A DNA stretch of 64,000 bases, taken from the NCBI GenBank assembly GCA_965207885.1, contig OZ242311.1, positions 2,592,001 through 2,656,000 of the forward strand. The letters run 5' to 3'. The notes under the pieces were generated by a model. It saw only the letters and a list, made by a program, of their open reading frames with translations, did no database searches and was not told the DNA's origin. Positions within the stretch are counted from its first letter, which is position 1, and each line of letters starts with the position of its first letter. Shown here piece after piece: positions 37,629-46,178 of this stretch. The DNA comes from Candidatus Latescibacterota bacterium. Its GTDB lineage: Bacteria > Latescibacterota > UBA2968. A program made the position numbers and the translations under genes.

Positions 37629-40028
37629 CTATAAACGTCTGAGTGCCTTTACTGGGTCGGAATTCGCTGCACGAAGCGTCTGCGACCCAACTACTGTGAG
37701 AACAACTGCTACCATCACGGCAACAACAACACCGAACAGCCACGGACTCATTGTGGTTTGGAGGGGAAACTGGTTTAACCAGAGGTGGTTTGCAAACCAC
37801 GCAGCAGGAGCTGCAAGTAGAACCGCCACAACAAGCATCAAGAGAAAATCCTTTGACAAGAGCACAGCGATCTGCCAAGAACTCGCTCCCAGAACCTTAC
37901 GTATTGCAACTGCCTTGACCTGCATTTCCATGACATGCATAGCTATTCCCAACACGCCAAGTAAGGCCAAAAGCACCCCGAAAGCGCTAATCAGAGCAAT
38001 GATATGCAAAACATCGGAATAGACTCCAGCGAGCATTCCTTTTTGGATTTGCGTCGTAAACAGATCGTACTCCACTTTCCAAGGACTTCCTAACTCAGGC
38101 CAGACCTGTTCGAGGTGCGCAACCGCCTCAGGCATATGGCCGGGTAACACGCGCACGTTTGCCCAATGTATACGCGCTGGCTCACAGAGCAGTATGACAG
38201 GATCAATATCCATGCCTATGCCATATGTCTGAAAGTCTTCCAGAATCCCCACAATGGTAGGTTTCGTGTTCTTCCCTGACACGTTCAAGATTTGACCTAT
38301 CGCTTGCTCTTCGTTTTCCAGACCTAGCAGCCGAGTAGCGGTTCTATTGAGCAGCACACTCCTGTGAATATCCGACGGGCGATTGAAGTAACGGCCTGCA
38401 AGTAGCTTGAGTTTCAGGTTCGAAACAAAATTGTAGTCCACTCTTAATTCGAAAACTGTCTTAGGATCACCTCTCCCAATCGTCACCGAACGTGCTGATC
38501 GTCCACCCTGCATCAGAATCTGTGAGGAACCAGAAATGAGCTCCACTGAGGGCGATTGCTCCATCGCCTGCCGGAACACGTCGTAGCCCACTCCCTGAAG
38601 CCGTACGTTCACTATATTTTCATGATCAAATCCATAGTCGGACGATACCAAATATCGGAACTGCTGGTACACGAACAGGGTCGAGAGGACGAAGAATAAC
38701 GACATGCCAAACTGCCCCACCACAAACATCCGATTGAATGACTTGGCTCGATCCTTTGTAAAACTTCCTCCCTTCAAGATCAAGACTGGGACGAATCGGG
38801 AAAGATGAAGTGCGGGGTAGGTGCCCGCAAGAATGCCTACGCCTACGCTGAAGCCAAGGACAGTGAGATAGACCGTCAGATCTTTGAGAACGTCGAGCTT
38901 GATGCGGGCCAAGGGAAAAAATGAAGTAAAGTACATCTCGTTGAAAGCAGGAATTAACCATACCAACAGCCACATGGCAAAAAACGTCGCCAGCAATACT
39001 GTTAGAATCGACTCCATCAAGATTTGGCCAATGATCTGTCTGCGATATGCACCTACGACTTTCCGAATTGCCACCTCGTGGGCTCTGGCCATTGCTCTGG
39101 CCACAATTAAGTTGGTATAATTGTAGCACGCCCCTATCAGTATTATAGCGGCCAGAACACTAACAAAATAAACAGCCATGCCAGGAACCATCCAACTAAG
39201 TTGGTTAACTCTCATGACGCTCAGGTTGAGGTCGGTCAGTAATTGGACACTTACCCTCTCCATCTGTCGATCTGTACTGGGATAGTAGTGGTCTTGAATG
39301 ATCTGTGTGAAGTATCTTTCCAGGACCGTTGGGTGGGTACCTTCTCGTAAGACCAAGAATGTGTATGTGTCATTCATGCCATCGCTCCACCGAGGAATGC
39401 CGCGGGGTGGCGCAAATTTCAAGGTCTCAAACGACACCAAGATCTGAAACCGTACATAGCTAGCCCCTGGCGGATCCGCCAGGACGCCCGTTACCTTGTA
39501 TGGCGTCTGTCCGATCATCACAGTCTGATTCAGTGGGCTGGAATCTCCAAAGAATGCAACCGACTGGTTCTGCGAAAGCACGATGGAATTGGGTTCGGAA
39601 AGCGCGGTAGCGGGATTCCCCTCCACAAGAGCGAAATCGAATACCTCGAAAAACGACGGCTCGGCATAAAGGCCAGACACTTTAATTTGACTTTGACTGC
39701 CGAGAAAGCCCATGGAACCACGGAATCTGCGTACCCGTGTCGTCACTTCTACATCTGGGCAGACATCTTGAAGAAGCGAAGCAAGACTCACAGGTGTCGT
39801 TGCGTAGCGAACACGACCAGGGTTGCTGGACGAACGGTAGTCGCAGATGGTGAGATAGATACGATCTGCCTTCTTGTGCCATGCATCAGACGTTTTTTGG
39901 TATGACACAAACAAGATGATCAGCAGGCAGATCGACAGACTTGCTCCTAGTCCTAAAACGTTGATCATTGACAAGATTTTATTCTTTAACAGATTCCGAA
40001 CCGCTACAACCAGATAATTACGCAGCAT
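37629..40028 (-). CDS. MacB/FtsX-like ABC transporter permease (duplicated-domain type)
   Basis: MLRNYLVVAVRNL, two EVAIRKVVGA-type motifs, DPVKALR. Confidence 0.92.
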   Translation of the reverse strand: MLRNYLVVAVRNLLKNKILSMINVLGLGASLSICLLIILFVSYQKTSDAWHKKADRIYLTICDYRSSSNPGRVRYATTPVSLASLLQDVCPDVEVTTRVRRFRGSMGFLGSQSQIKVSGLYAEPSFFEVFDFALVEGNPATALSEPNSIVLSQNQSVAFFGDSSPLNQTVMIGQTPYKVTGVLADPPGASYVRFQILVSFETLKFAPPRGIPRWSDGMNDTYTFLVLREGTHPTVLERYFTQIIQDHYYPSTDRQMERVSVQLLTDLNLSVMRVNQLSWMVPGMAVYFVSVLAAIILIGACYNYTNLIVARAMARAHEVAIRKVVGAYRRQIIGQILMESILTVLLATFFAMWLLVWLIPAFNEMYFTSFFPLARIKLDVLKDLTVYLTVLGFSVGVGILAGTYPALHLSRFVPVLILKGGSFTKDRAKSFNRMFVVGQFGMSLFFVLSTLFVYQQFRYLVSSDYGFDHENIVNVRLQGVGYDVFRQAMEQSPSVELISGSSQILMQGGRSARSVTIGRGDPKTVFELRVDYNFVSNLKLKLLAGRYFNRPSDIHRSVLLNRTATRLLGLENEEQAIGQILNVSGKNTKPTIVGILEDFQTYGIGMDIDPVILLCEPARIHWANVRVLPGHMPEAVAHLEQVWPELGSPWKVEYDLFTTQIQKGMLAGVYSDVLHIIALISAFGVLLALLGVLGIAMHVMEMQVKAVAIRKVLGASSWQIAVLLSKDFLLMLVVAVLLAAPAAWFANHLWLNQFPLQTTMSPWLFGVVVAVMVAVVLTVVGSQTLRAANSDPVKALRRL

Positions 40029-40214
40029 TATAGCCTCTTAAAGTTTGACTCGATTTGGTGTGTACCTTAGATCCTATATGAAAGATAAGAAGAAGAGACT
40101 GCGAATACAAACCGATTGGACCATTGAAAGAAAATGATCATTTAATTTGGATTAGATAGCCGACGAAAGTCTATTCTAATTAGTGTAATTAATGGCACTG
40201 GCCCTGCAAACGCC

Positions 40215-40566
40215 GCGGACAATTCGTAGCCTATGTCCCCCCCCCCAGCCCTCAATGCTTTCTGTGCGTATTCCGCAGTCACCAAGTAATACCCCATTTG
40301 AGCGATCCGTGATGGCGAACTGGAACTTGCATCTTGGATTTTCTTTGGACCATGCGATGCACTTATCTACAAATCGGACGCACTCCTCTCTGGTGTAGGC
40401 GGGCCGGTAGTAGTATTCCAGATACTTGGGGTCTCTCCTGTACTCGGCGATGGCGTCCACGTCTTGTTTGGTGAGCTCTCCATTCATATACACTTAATAT
40501 TTGGTCAGGTTGAGAATGACTTGTCCTCAGTCTCTTTTCAAAAAAAATCACATCAAACCCGGATAT
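40215..40566 (-). pseudogene. three-part mosaic: GNAT 35620 tail, R1 copy c, and internal part of GNAT 32413
   Basis: 40531-40566 matches 35628-35662; 40471-40537 is R1; 40215-40478 matches 32585-32848. Confidence 0.9.
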
Positions 40567-40581
40567 CTTCGAAATCGCTTT

Positions 40582-41322
40582 TCAGAGTTTCTTGCCTATC
40601 GCGCAGAAGACATTGTCATAGGATTCGCCCAGATCCGAGGCTCGAAATATTTGGATGTCCTGGAACCCGGCCGCTAAGTACAGGTTCTGGACTTCCTTCT
40701 CGTCAAAATAGTGCCAAAAGACCGGGCCCTCCCCGTCCTCACTCTTGAGAACTAAGTCACCTTCTTCCAGGCCTGCGTTCTGGTCAACTCCCTCGTATCT
40801 CATATCATCGGTAACACGGGGGAGTGTAGAGGCACCATCGTGAACCGAAAGGGACATACGTCCGGCAGAGGTGAGAACTCGAAAGGCTTCGTTTGCGAGG
40901 GTCTTGCGAGCTCGCGCAGTGGGGACGTTGGCGAGAACCTGACTCCATAAAGTAACTATGTCATATGAATCATCCGGTTCTGAAAATATGGCTCCATCAG
41001 TAACTTCAAACTCGACCTGGCTACCGGATTCGATGGCTATACTTCGGGCCGCTGAAATAAGCGTATCGGATATGTCTATTCCCTTCACGCGAAAGCCCAG
41101 ACTTTCAAGGGCAAAGGCTTCACGTCCGGCGCCACATCCTACGACCAGAGCACGGCCGACATCCGGAAAGAATCGGTCAACCATGGCCTGTTCCCATCTG
41201 CGCAGTCCTTCGCTGACCCTCCGTACGTACTTCTCAGTTGCCTGAGCAGTAGAGTAGCTATGTCGAACCTGACGGGCCAAATCACTTTTCTTTTTTAGAT
41301 TCACTTCTTTCGAGCGAGCCAA
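40582..41322 (-). CDS. class I SAM-dependent methyltransferase
   Basis: ALVVGCGAGRE, GIDIS; start uncertain. Confidence 0.85.
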   Translation of the reverse strand: MARSKEVNLKKKSDLARQVRHSYSTAQATEKYVRRVSEGLRRWEQAMVDRFFPDVGRALVVGCGAGREAFALESLGFRVKGIDISDTLISAARSIAIESGSQVEFEVTDGAIFSEPDDSYDIVTLWSQVLANVPTARARKTLANEAFRVLTSAGRMSLSVHDGASTLPRVTDDMRYEGVDQNAGLEEGDLVLKSEDGEGPVFWHYFDEKEVQNLYLAAGFQDIQIFRASDLGESYDNVFCAIGKKL

Positions 41323-42086
41323 ATCTGTTCACCGCCATAAAGATAAGAGCCCCGATGAAAATTTCCATACAATTCCTGAATCTGATATCCACACAATTCT
41401 AATAGATACTGCATTTCGTTCTTATAGATGTGTCGTGTCTTATCGACATTATGAATCCTTGAAATTGTCTCGCCAGATTTGCTAATTTCTTCATAAGTAT
41501 AATGCCATTCTGAAATTTGGGTCTCAAGATCACATTTCCGACCTCCCCAAAGAATAACACGATTTCCCGTCTCTGGATGATTCAACTCTTGTATTTTTTT
41601 TACTGTTGTACCTCCACCAGATGCGGAGACAAGCTCATCCAAACTGGGATCACCATTATGTATTATCAAAAGTCCATTATCTAAAAGATGCTCATTGATG
41701 CATAGAAGAGACTTTCTTTGGTCTTCTGGTGTTAAAATGTGGTGAAAAGCTCTGTAGGGAATCAAGATGGTGTTGAATCGGTTATTTAGCGAAAAATTAC
41801 GCATGTCGCCTGCAACAAGGTTTATACGCTCCTGAACTTCATTACTGAGCTTCGAGACATTTTCTTTCGCTAACTCAAGCATATCAGAAGATGGCTCAAG
41901 CCCAAAAATATCTAAACCGGATTCAGCTATTGGGATCAGCACTCGCCCTGTTCCACATCCGAGCTCCAAAACTGGGCTTCCCTCATTCTGGGTTTCTTGA
42001 ATATAAAATTCTATATCATCTTTCGTTTTCAGTGCGTCTTCTCGAGCATCATAAAGTTTAGCTCTGATACCTTGATAACTTTCCAT
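41301..42086 (-). CDS. class I SAM-dependent methyltransferase (AT-rich)
   Basis: VLELGCGTGR, GDMRNF; a core-like GTTAGCA lies upstream at 42213-42219. Confidence 0.92.
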   Translation of the reverse strand: MESYQGIRAKLYDAREDALKTKDDIEFYIQETQNEGSPVLELGCGTGRVLIPIAESGLDIFGLEPSSDMLELAKENVSKLSNEVQERINLVAGDMRNFSLNNRFNTILIPYRAFHHILTPEDQRKSLLCINEHLLDNGLLIIHNGDPSLDELVSASGGGTTVKKIQELNHPETGNRVILWGGRKCDLETQISEWHYTYEEISKSGETISRIHNVDKTRHIYKNEMQYLLELCGYQIQELYGNFHRGSYLYGGEQIWLARKK

Positions 42087-42285
42087 AAATCCTCCATAAA
42101 ATCACACATTAAGAAAATTGTATAAGATTGAAAATAAAAACTTTACAAGAAATATTGCTTGATGATAAATTGAAAACCAACTATATTCTCTTACATCTCA
42201 TTAGAGATAAACTGCTAACGTTTTGTTTCATGCATTGGCTTAAGAGTCCTCAGCTATTTTAAACCGCTCAAATTGAGGGGGAATC

Positions 42286-43896
42286 ATGTTGCGAGTCAGC
42301 GATCCCGACCTGATCGCCCACTGGCCGTTCCGGGAAGACCTGAAAGACCATTCCGAAAGCGGCCTGTCCATCCAAAATCACGGGGTTGAAATCGGGGAAT
42401 CAGGTGGACGAAGAAGCGCCCAATTCAACGGGGCGGAAACCTTTCTGGAAGTTCCCTGCGACCTGTCTATAGGGACAGGCGATTTTTCATGCGCTGGATG
42501 GATCTACACGGAAGAAACCGAAGTGGTCGGCGATATTCTCAGCCAATTCGATCCGGAAACCCGCAAGGGATGGCAGGTCTCGGTCCTCACCAATACCGGA
42601 ATGACTTCTACCGCCCAATCGAATTACCGCAACCTCCACTTTGGCATCGACAACGGGCATCTCGGACCCTGGACCGATTGTGGGCGTCCCGGTCAGGCAG
42701 TCAAAATATCTGCACTTTCAACATTAGGTGGACACCTGTACGCCGGCACCTTCGAGAATGGCGAAGAAGAGGTCGGCCACCTGTGGCGGTACGAAGGGGA
42801 AAAACGCTGGACCGACCTGGGCAATCCAGTCGGATGCAACTCTGTCAACGCCGTCGTAGAATTTCAAGGCGCGCTCTACTGCGCTCTCGGCCGGTATAAT
42901 AGCATCGGCTCCGCCCTGGGCGATCCCCTGAACACCACACCCGGCGGCCAGGTCTATCGGGTCGATGCCGATGGTCAATGGATCTTCTGCGGACATCCAG
43001 GCATCGAAGACGCCACACCCGAAGAAACACCCACCACGGGGCACAACACGGGCAAAGCCGACAACGCCACCGCCCTCACAGTGTATCAGGGTCGGCTCTA
43101 CGCCACCAGCCTCTATCGCGAGGGGGCCTTTGTCTATGATGGGGGCACCACCTGGACGCCCATAGGTCCAGACGTGCGGCTGATGAGTTTCACCGTCTAT
43201 CGGGATAGGCTCTATACCCTCGTCAACGGCGGCCCGGTTCTTCGCTACGAAGGCAACGCCGAATGGACTGACTGCGGCTGCCCCGAAACCTCCACCCAGA
43301 CCTACTCGGCGGTCACTTTCAAGGGCCAGCTCTATGTCGGCACCTGGCCTCAGGGGGAAGTCTATCGATATGACGGCAACAAGACCTGGACCTGTCTGGG
43401 GCGGGCCGGATACGAACGTGAAATCATGGCGATGGGACTTTACAATGGCAAAGTCTATATCGGCTCGCTCCCAATGGCCAATGTCTGGCGGATGGACGGC
43501 AATCGGTTTACATTTCTGGCGTCTCTGGACAGCACGTCCGCGTCCTTGCGGCGGGTCTGGTCCATGGCCGTTTATCAGGGCCGCCTCTATGCTGGCACTC
43601 TGCCGTCCGGACATGTCTATTCGGTCGAAGCCGGAAAAGTCGCCACCTGGGACCACACATTTCCCGAAGGATGGCGACACGTAGCCGCTGTCAAGCAAGG
43701 CGGCATTCTGACTCTGTACGTCGATGGAACTCCTGTCGCTACAACAGACAGCTTCAATCCAGAACGTTACGACCTCAATCCCAACTGCCCTCTCTTAATC
43801 GGCTTTGGCACCCACGACTATTTCAAAGGCGCCCTGCGAGATATCCGTATCTATCGCAGGGGCCTCACACAACGGGAAATTCAGCGCCTTCAGTGA
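42286..43896 (+). CDS. LamG/ConA-like domain protein with inserted beta-propeller
   Basis: IAHWPF N-terminus, WRHVAAV..LYVDG, FKGAL.DIRIY; repeated YQGRLYAGT blades. Confidence 0.8.
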   Translation: MLRVSDPDLIAHWPFREDLKDHSESGLSIQNHGVEIGESGGRRSAQFNGAETFLEVPCDLSIGTGDFSCAGWIYTEETEVVGDILSQFDPETRKGWQVSVLTNTGMTSTAQSNYRNLHFGIDNGHLGPWTDCGRPGQAVKISALSTLGGHLYAGTFENGEEEVGHLWRYEGEKRWTDLGNPVGCNSVNAVVEFQGALYCALGRYNSIGSALGDPLNTTPGGQVYRVDADGQWIFCGHPGIEDATPEETPTTGHNTGKADNATALTVYQGRLYATSLYREGAFVYDGGTTWTPIGPDVRLMSFTVYRDRLYTLVNGGPVLRYEGNAEWTDCGCPETSTQTYSAVTFKGQLYVGTWPQGEVYRYDGNKTWTCLGRAGYEREIMAMGLYNGKVYIGSLPMANVWRMDGNRFTFLASLDSTSASLRRVWSMAVYQGRLYAGTLPSGHVYSVEAGKVATWDHTFPEGWRHVAAVKQGGILTLYVDGTPVATTDSFNPERYDLNPNCPLLIGFGTHDYFKGALRDIRIYRRGLTQREIQRLQ

Positions 43897-44894
43897 CGGC
43901 TCTTCAGCCACCAGCGCATGGTATTACTGACCATATCCGCTGCGTCTCGTTGAACCCAATGGCCGCTGCTGGGGATGGTGACGAGTGTGTAGTCTTTGTC
44001 GATCCAATTCCACGTGTCGCGTAACCCGTCTTTGTCAACAGCCTTGTCTTTCAACCCGTGGAATTGCAATACGGGCATGGTGAGATTGGGCATCTCCACG
44101 CTCTGGCCAGCCCCCGCAGTTAGACCGCTATAGGCCGCCCGGTAGTAGTCGAGCATGCCCTTGACCGAGGATTGGGAGAACGCATTGATGTAGCGCTGCC
44201 GCACTTCGTCTGAGGCATTACCCACCGAAATACGTGTAAGCACTTCGGGCGAAAACCGATTTTCGTATCCAGGCGTTTGAAAGTCGGTAATGTATTGCGT
44301 GTTCCTCTTTTGCTCTGCCGTCGCGTTACGCAGCACGGTGCCGTAGCCCTTCGGGTGAGTCAGATTGCAGATCACCAGCTTGTTGACGAGTTGCGGATAG
44401 TACATGGCGAACCGCCACGAAATGGCGCCACCCCAATCGTGACCAACGAGGGTGACCGAATCGACCTCCAGGTCCTTGATCACAGCTTCGACATCCGACA
44501 TGAGATGGGACATGGTGTAGTGTTCCACGCCTTCGGGCTTGCCGCTCTTGTTGTAGGCGCGTGTGTCCATAGCGACGGTCTTATAGTTGTCGGAAAGAGC
44601 GGCCATCTGTTCGCGCCAGGTATACCAAAAATCGGGAAAGCCATGGACAAAGAGAATAACGGGGCCTTCGCCCAGGGTGACGTAGTGGAGTGCCACCCCG
44701 TCGTTATCCGTCTCATGGTGCTCGACGCGGTCGAATACATCTGCCTTGACGTTAGCTATCGGGGATTTGACGGCATCCTTTAGGCGTTCCTGCTGCGCCT
44801 GTCCTTGGGCGAAGAAAATGCAGGAGCAAATGACCACCAGTATTGAGGGTGTCATGCGTTGTTTGGTTCGTTGTGACGGTTTCATGGTGTTCAT
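43890..44894 (-). CDS. epoxide hydrolase-like alpha/beta hydrolase
   Basis: HGFPD, GHDWGG, GHWVQ. Confidence 0.9.
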   Translation of the reverse strand: MNTMKPSQRTKQRMTPSILVVICSCIFFAQGQAQQERLKDAVKSPIANVKADVFDRVEHHETDNDGVALHYVTLGEGPVILFVHGFPDFWYTWREQMAALSDNYKTVAMDTRAYNKSGKPEGVEHYTMSHLMSDVEAVIKDLEVDSVTLVGHDWGGAISWRFAMYYPQLVNKLVICNLTHPKGYGTVLRNATAEQKRNTQYITDFQTPGYENRFSPEVLTRISVGNASDEVRQRYINAFSQSSVKGMLDYYRAAYSGLTAGAGQSVEMPNLTMPVLQFHGLKDKAVDKDGLRDTWNWIDKDYTLVTIPSSGHWVQRDAADMVSNTMRWWLKSRH

Positions 44895-44914
44895 CTTTCC
44901 AATGGTTTGGGGGA

Positions 44915-46117
44915 TCAGGCTTTTGATGTTTGTTGGGCTTCACACGCTTGTTTCCAGATATGGTGTTCTGCCATCATCTTTTCAACTTTTTTAGGGGCGG
45001 TGGCACGCAGATCGCGTTGTTCGTCGGGATCGGTGCTCAGATCGAACAGACCGTCTGGTTTGCCGTCTGTGGCGTGGAGTTTTAGATTGCCCTCACGGAC
45101 TGCGTCCTCTGTCCTATACGTCCAGTGCAGGGTGCGGTCCAGAGGTTGCTCTTTGCCTTCGAAAAGAGGCCACGCGTTTTGGGCGTCAATGACACGGTCG
45201 TCGGGCACGGTTGCACCGGCGAGAGCGGCGAATGTCGCGTAGAGATCATAGTGTACCCAGGGCGTGTTGATTTTTGTATTTGGAGCAATTTTTCCCGGCC
45301 AGACCGCGTTGCAGATGACCCTGAGTGAACGCTCCCATAGGGTTCGACCATAACCATTGGTCCGGCTGCCTCCCTGGTCGCTTAAGAAGACGATAAGTGT
45401 GTTTTCCGCAATACCGGCATGGTGTACTGCATCCAGTACGCGTCCCACGCACAGGTCCAGGTATTCGACCATATATTGATAATTTACCAGTGGATCATCG
45501 CTGTGATAGTATCCGGGTGGGGCCTGGTAGGGGCCGTGTGGGGCATAAAAGGCGAGATTCAGGTAGAAGGGATCGGGCTTTTGGGATTGGCGGTTGATAA
45601 ATTTGATGGCTTCATCCGTAAACAGGGTATCGAAGTAACCCTCGTCCGCTATGGGTTCCAGGCCGCGAAAAAAGTGGCTTTTCATGTCGCGGTTGTAAAG
45701 GTGGGTGTAGTAGTCGGCATGGCCTGCGTTGCTCCCGTAAAATTCATGAAAGCCGTGGTGTAGCGGGTTGAATGTTGGAGCATATCCCAGGTTCCATTTT
45801 CCAAACAGCCCTGTTGTGTATCCGGCATTTCGCAAAAGTCTGGCTATAGAGACTTCCTCGAGCGAGAGGCCGGATTCCGGATCATCTGGGCGTGTCTGTG
45901 AGTTGATGCCAACCCGATACGGATGTCTGCCGGTGTTCCAGGCACAACGCGCGGGTGAACACAGCGGGGTTGCGATCAGGCAGTTGTCGAAGACAACACC
46001 CTCGCTCGCCATCGCGTTCAGTCTGGGAGTTTCGAATATCCCTTCGCCATAATAATCGACTGCTTCGCAACCGAGGTTGTCGGCGACCATGAAGATGATA
46101 TTGGGATTGTTTTCCAT
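44915..46117 (-). CDS. arylsulfatase-like sulfatase
   Basis: CSPAR, GKWNLG, APHGPY, SDQG. Confidence 0.92.
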   Translation of the reverse strand: MENNPNIIFMVADNLGCEAVDYYGEGIFETPRLNAMASEGVVFDNCLIATPLCSPARCAWNTGRHPYRVGINSQTRPDDPESGLSLEEVSIARLLRNAGYTTGLFGKWNLGYAPTFNPLHHGFHEFYGSNAGHADYYTHLYNRDMKSHFFRGLEPIADEGYFDTLFTDEAIKFINRQSQKPDPFYLNLAFYAPHGPYQAPPGYYHSDDPLVNYQYMVEYLDLCVGRVLDAVHHAGIAENTLIVFLSDQGGSRTNGYGRTLWERSLRVICNAVWPGKIAPNTKINTPWVHYDLYATFAALAGATVPDDRVIDAQNAWPLFEGKEQPLDRTLHWTYRTEDAVREGNLKLHATDGKPDGLFDLSTDPDEQRDLRATAPKKVEKMMAEHHIWKQACEAQQTSKA

Positions 46118-46178
46118 AGTAATTTCTCTTAATAAGTTGAAAAATATAAACTTAGGATTTCTTGAGTCAGGGGCAATA

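Noticed and set aside
2267-40478. Duplicated gene tails as DGR template/variable repeats
   Set aside because: Mismatches are not confined to adenines and no reverse transcriptase gene is present
29367-40537. R1 as a CRISPR repeat or MITE
   Set aside because: Copies are kilobases apart, lack terminal inverted repeats and target duplications, and derive from a coding gene
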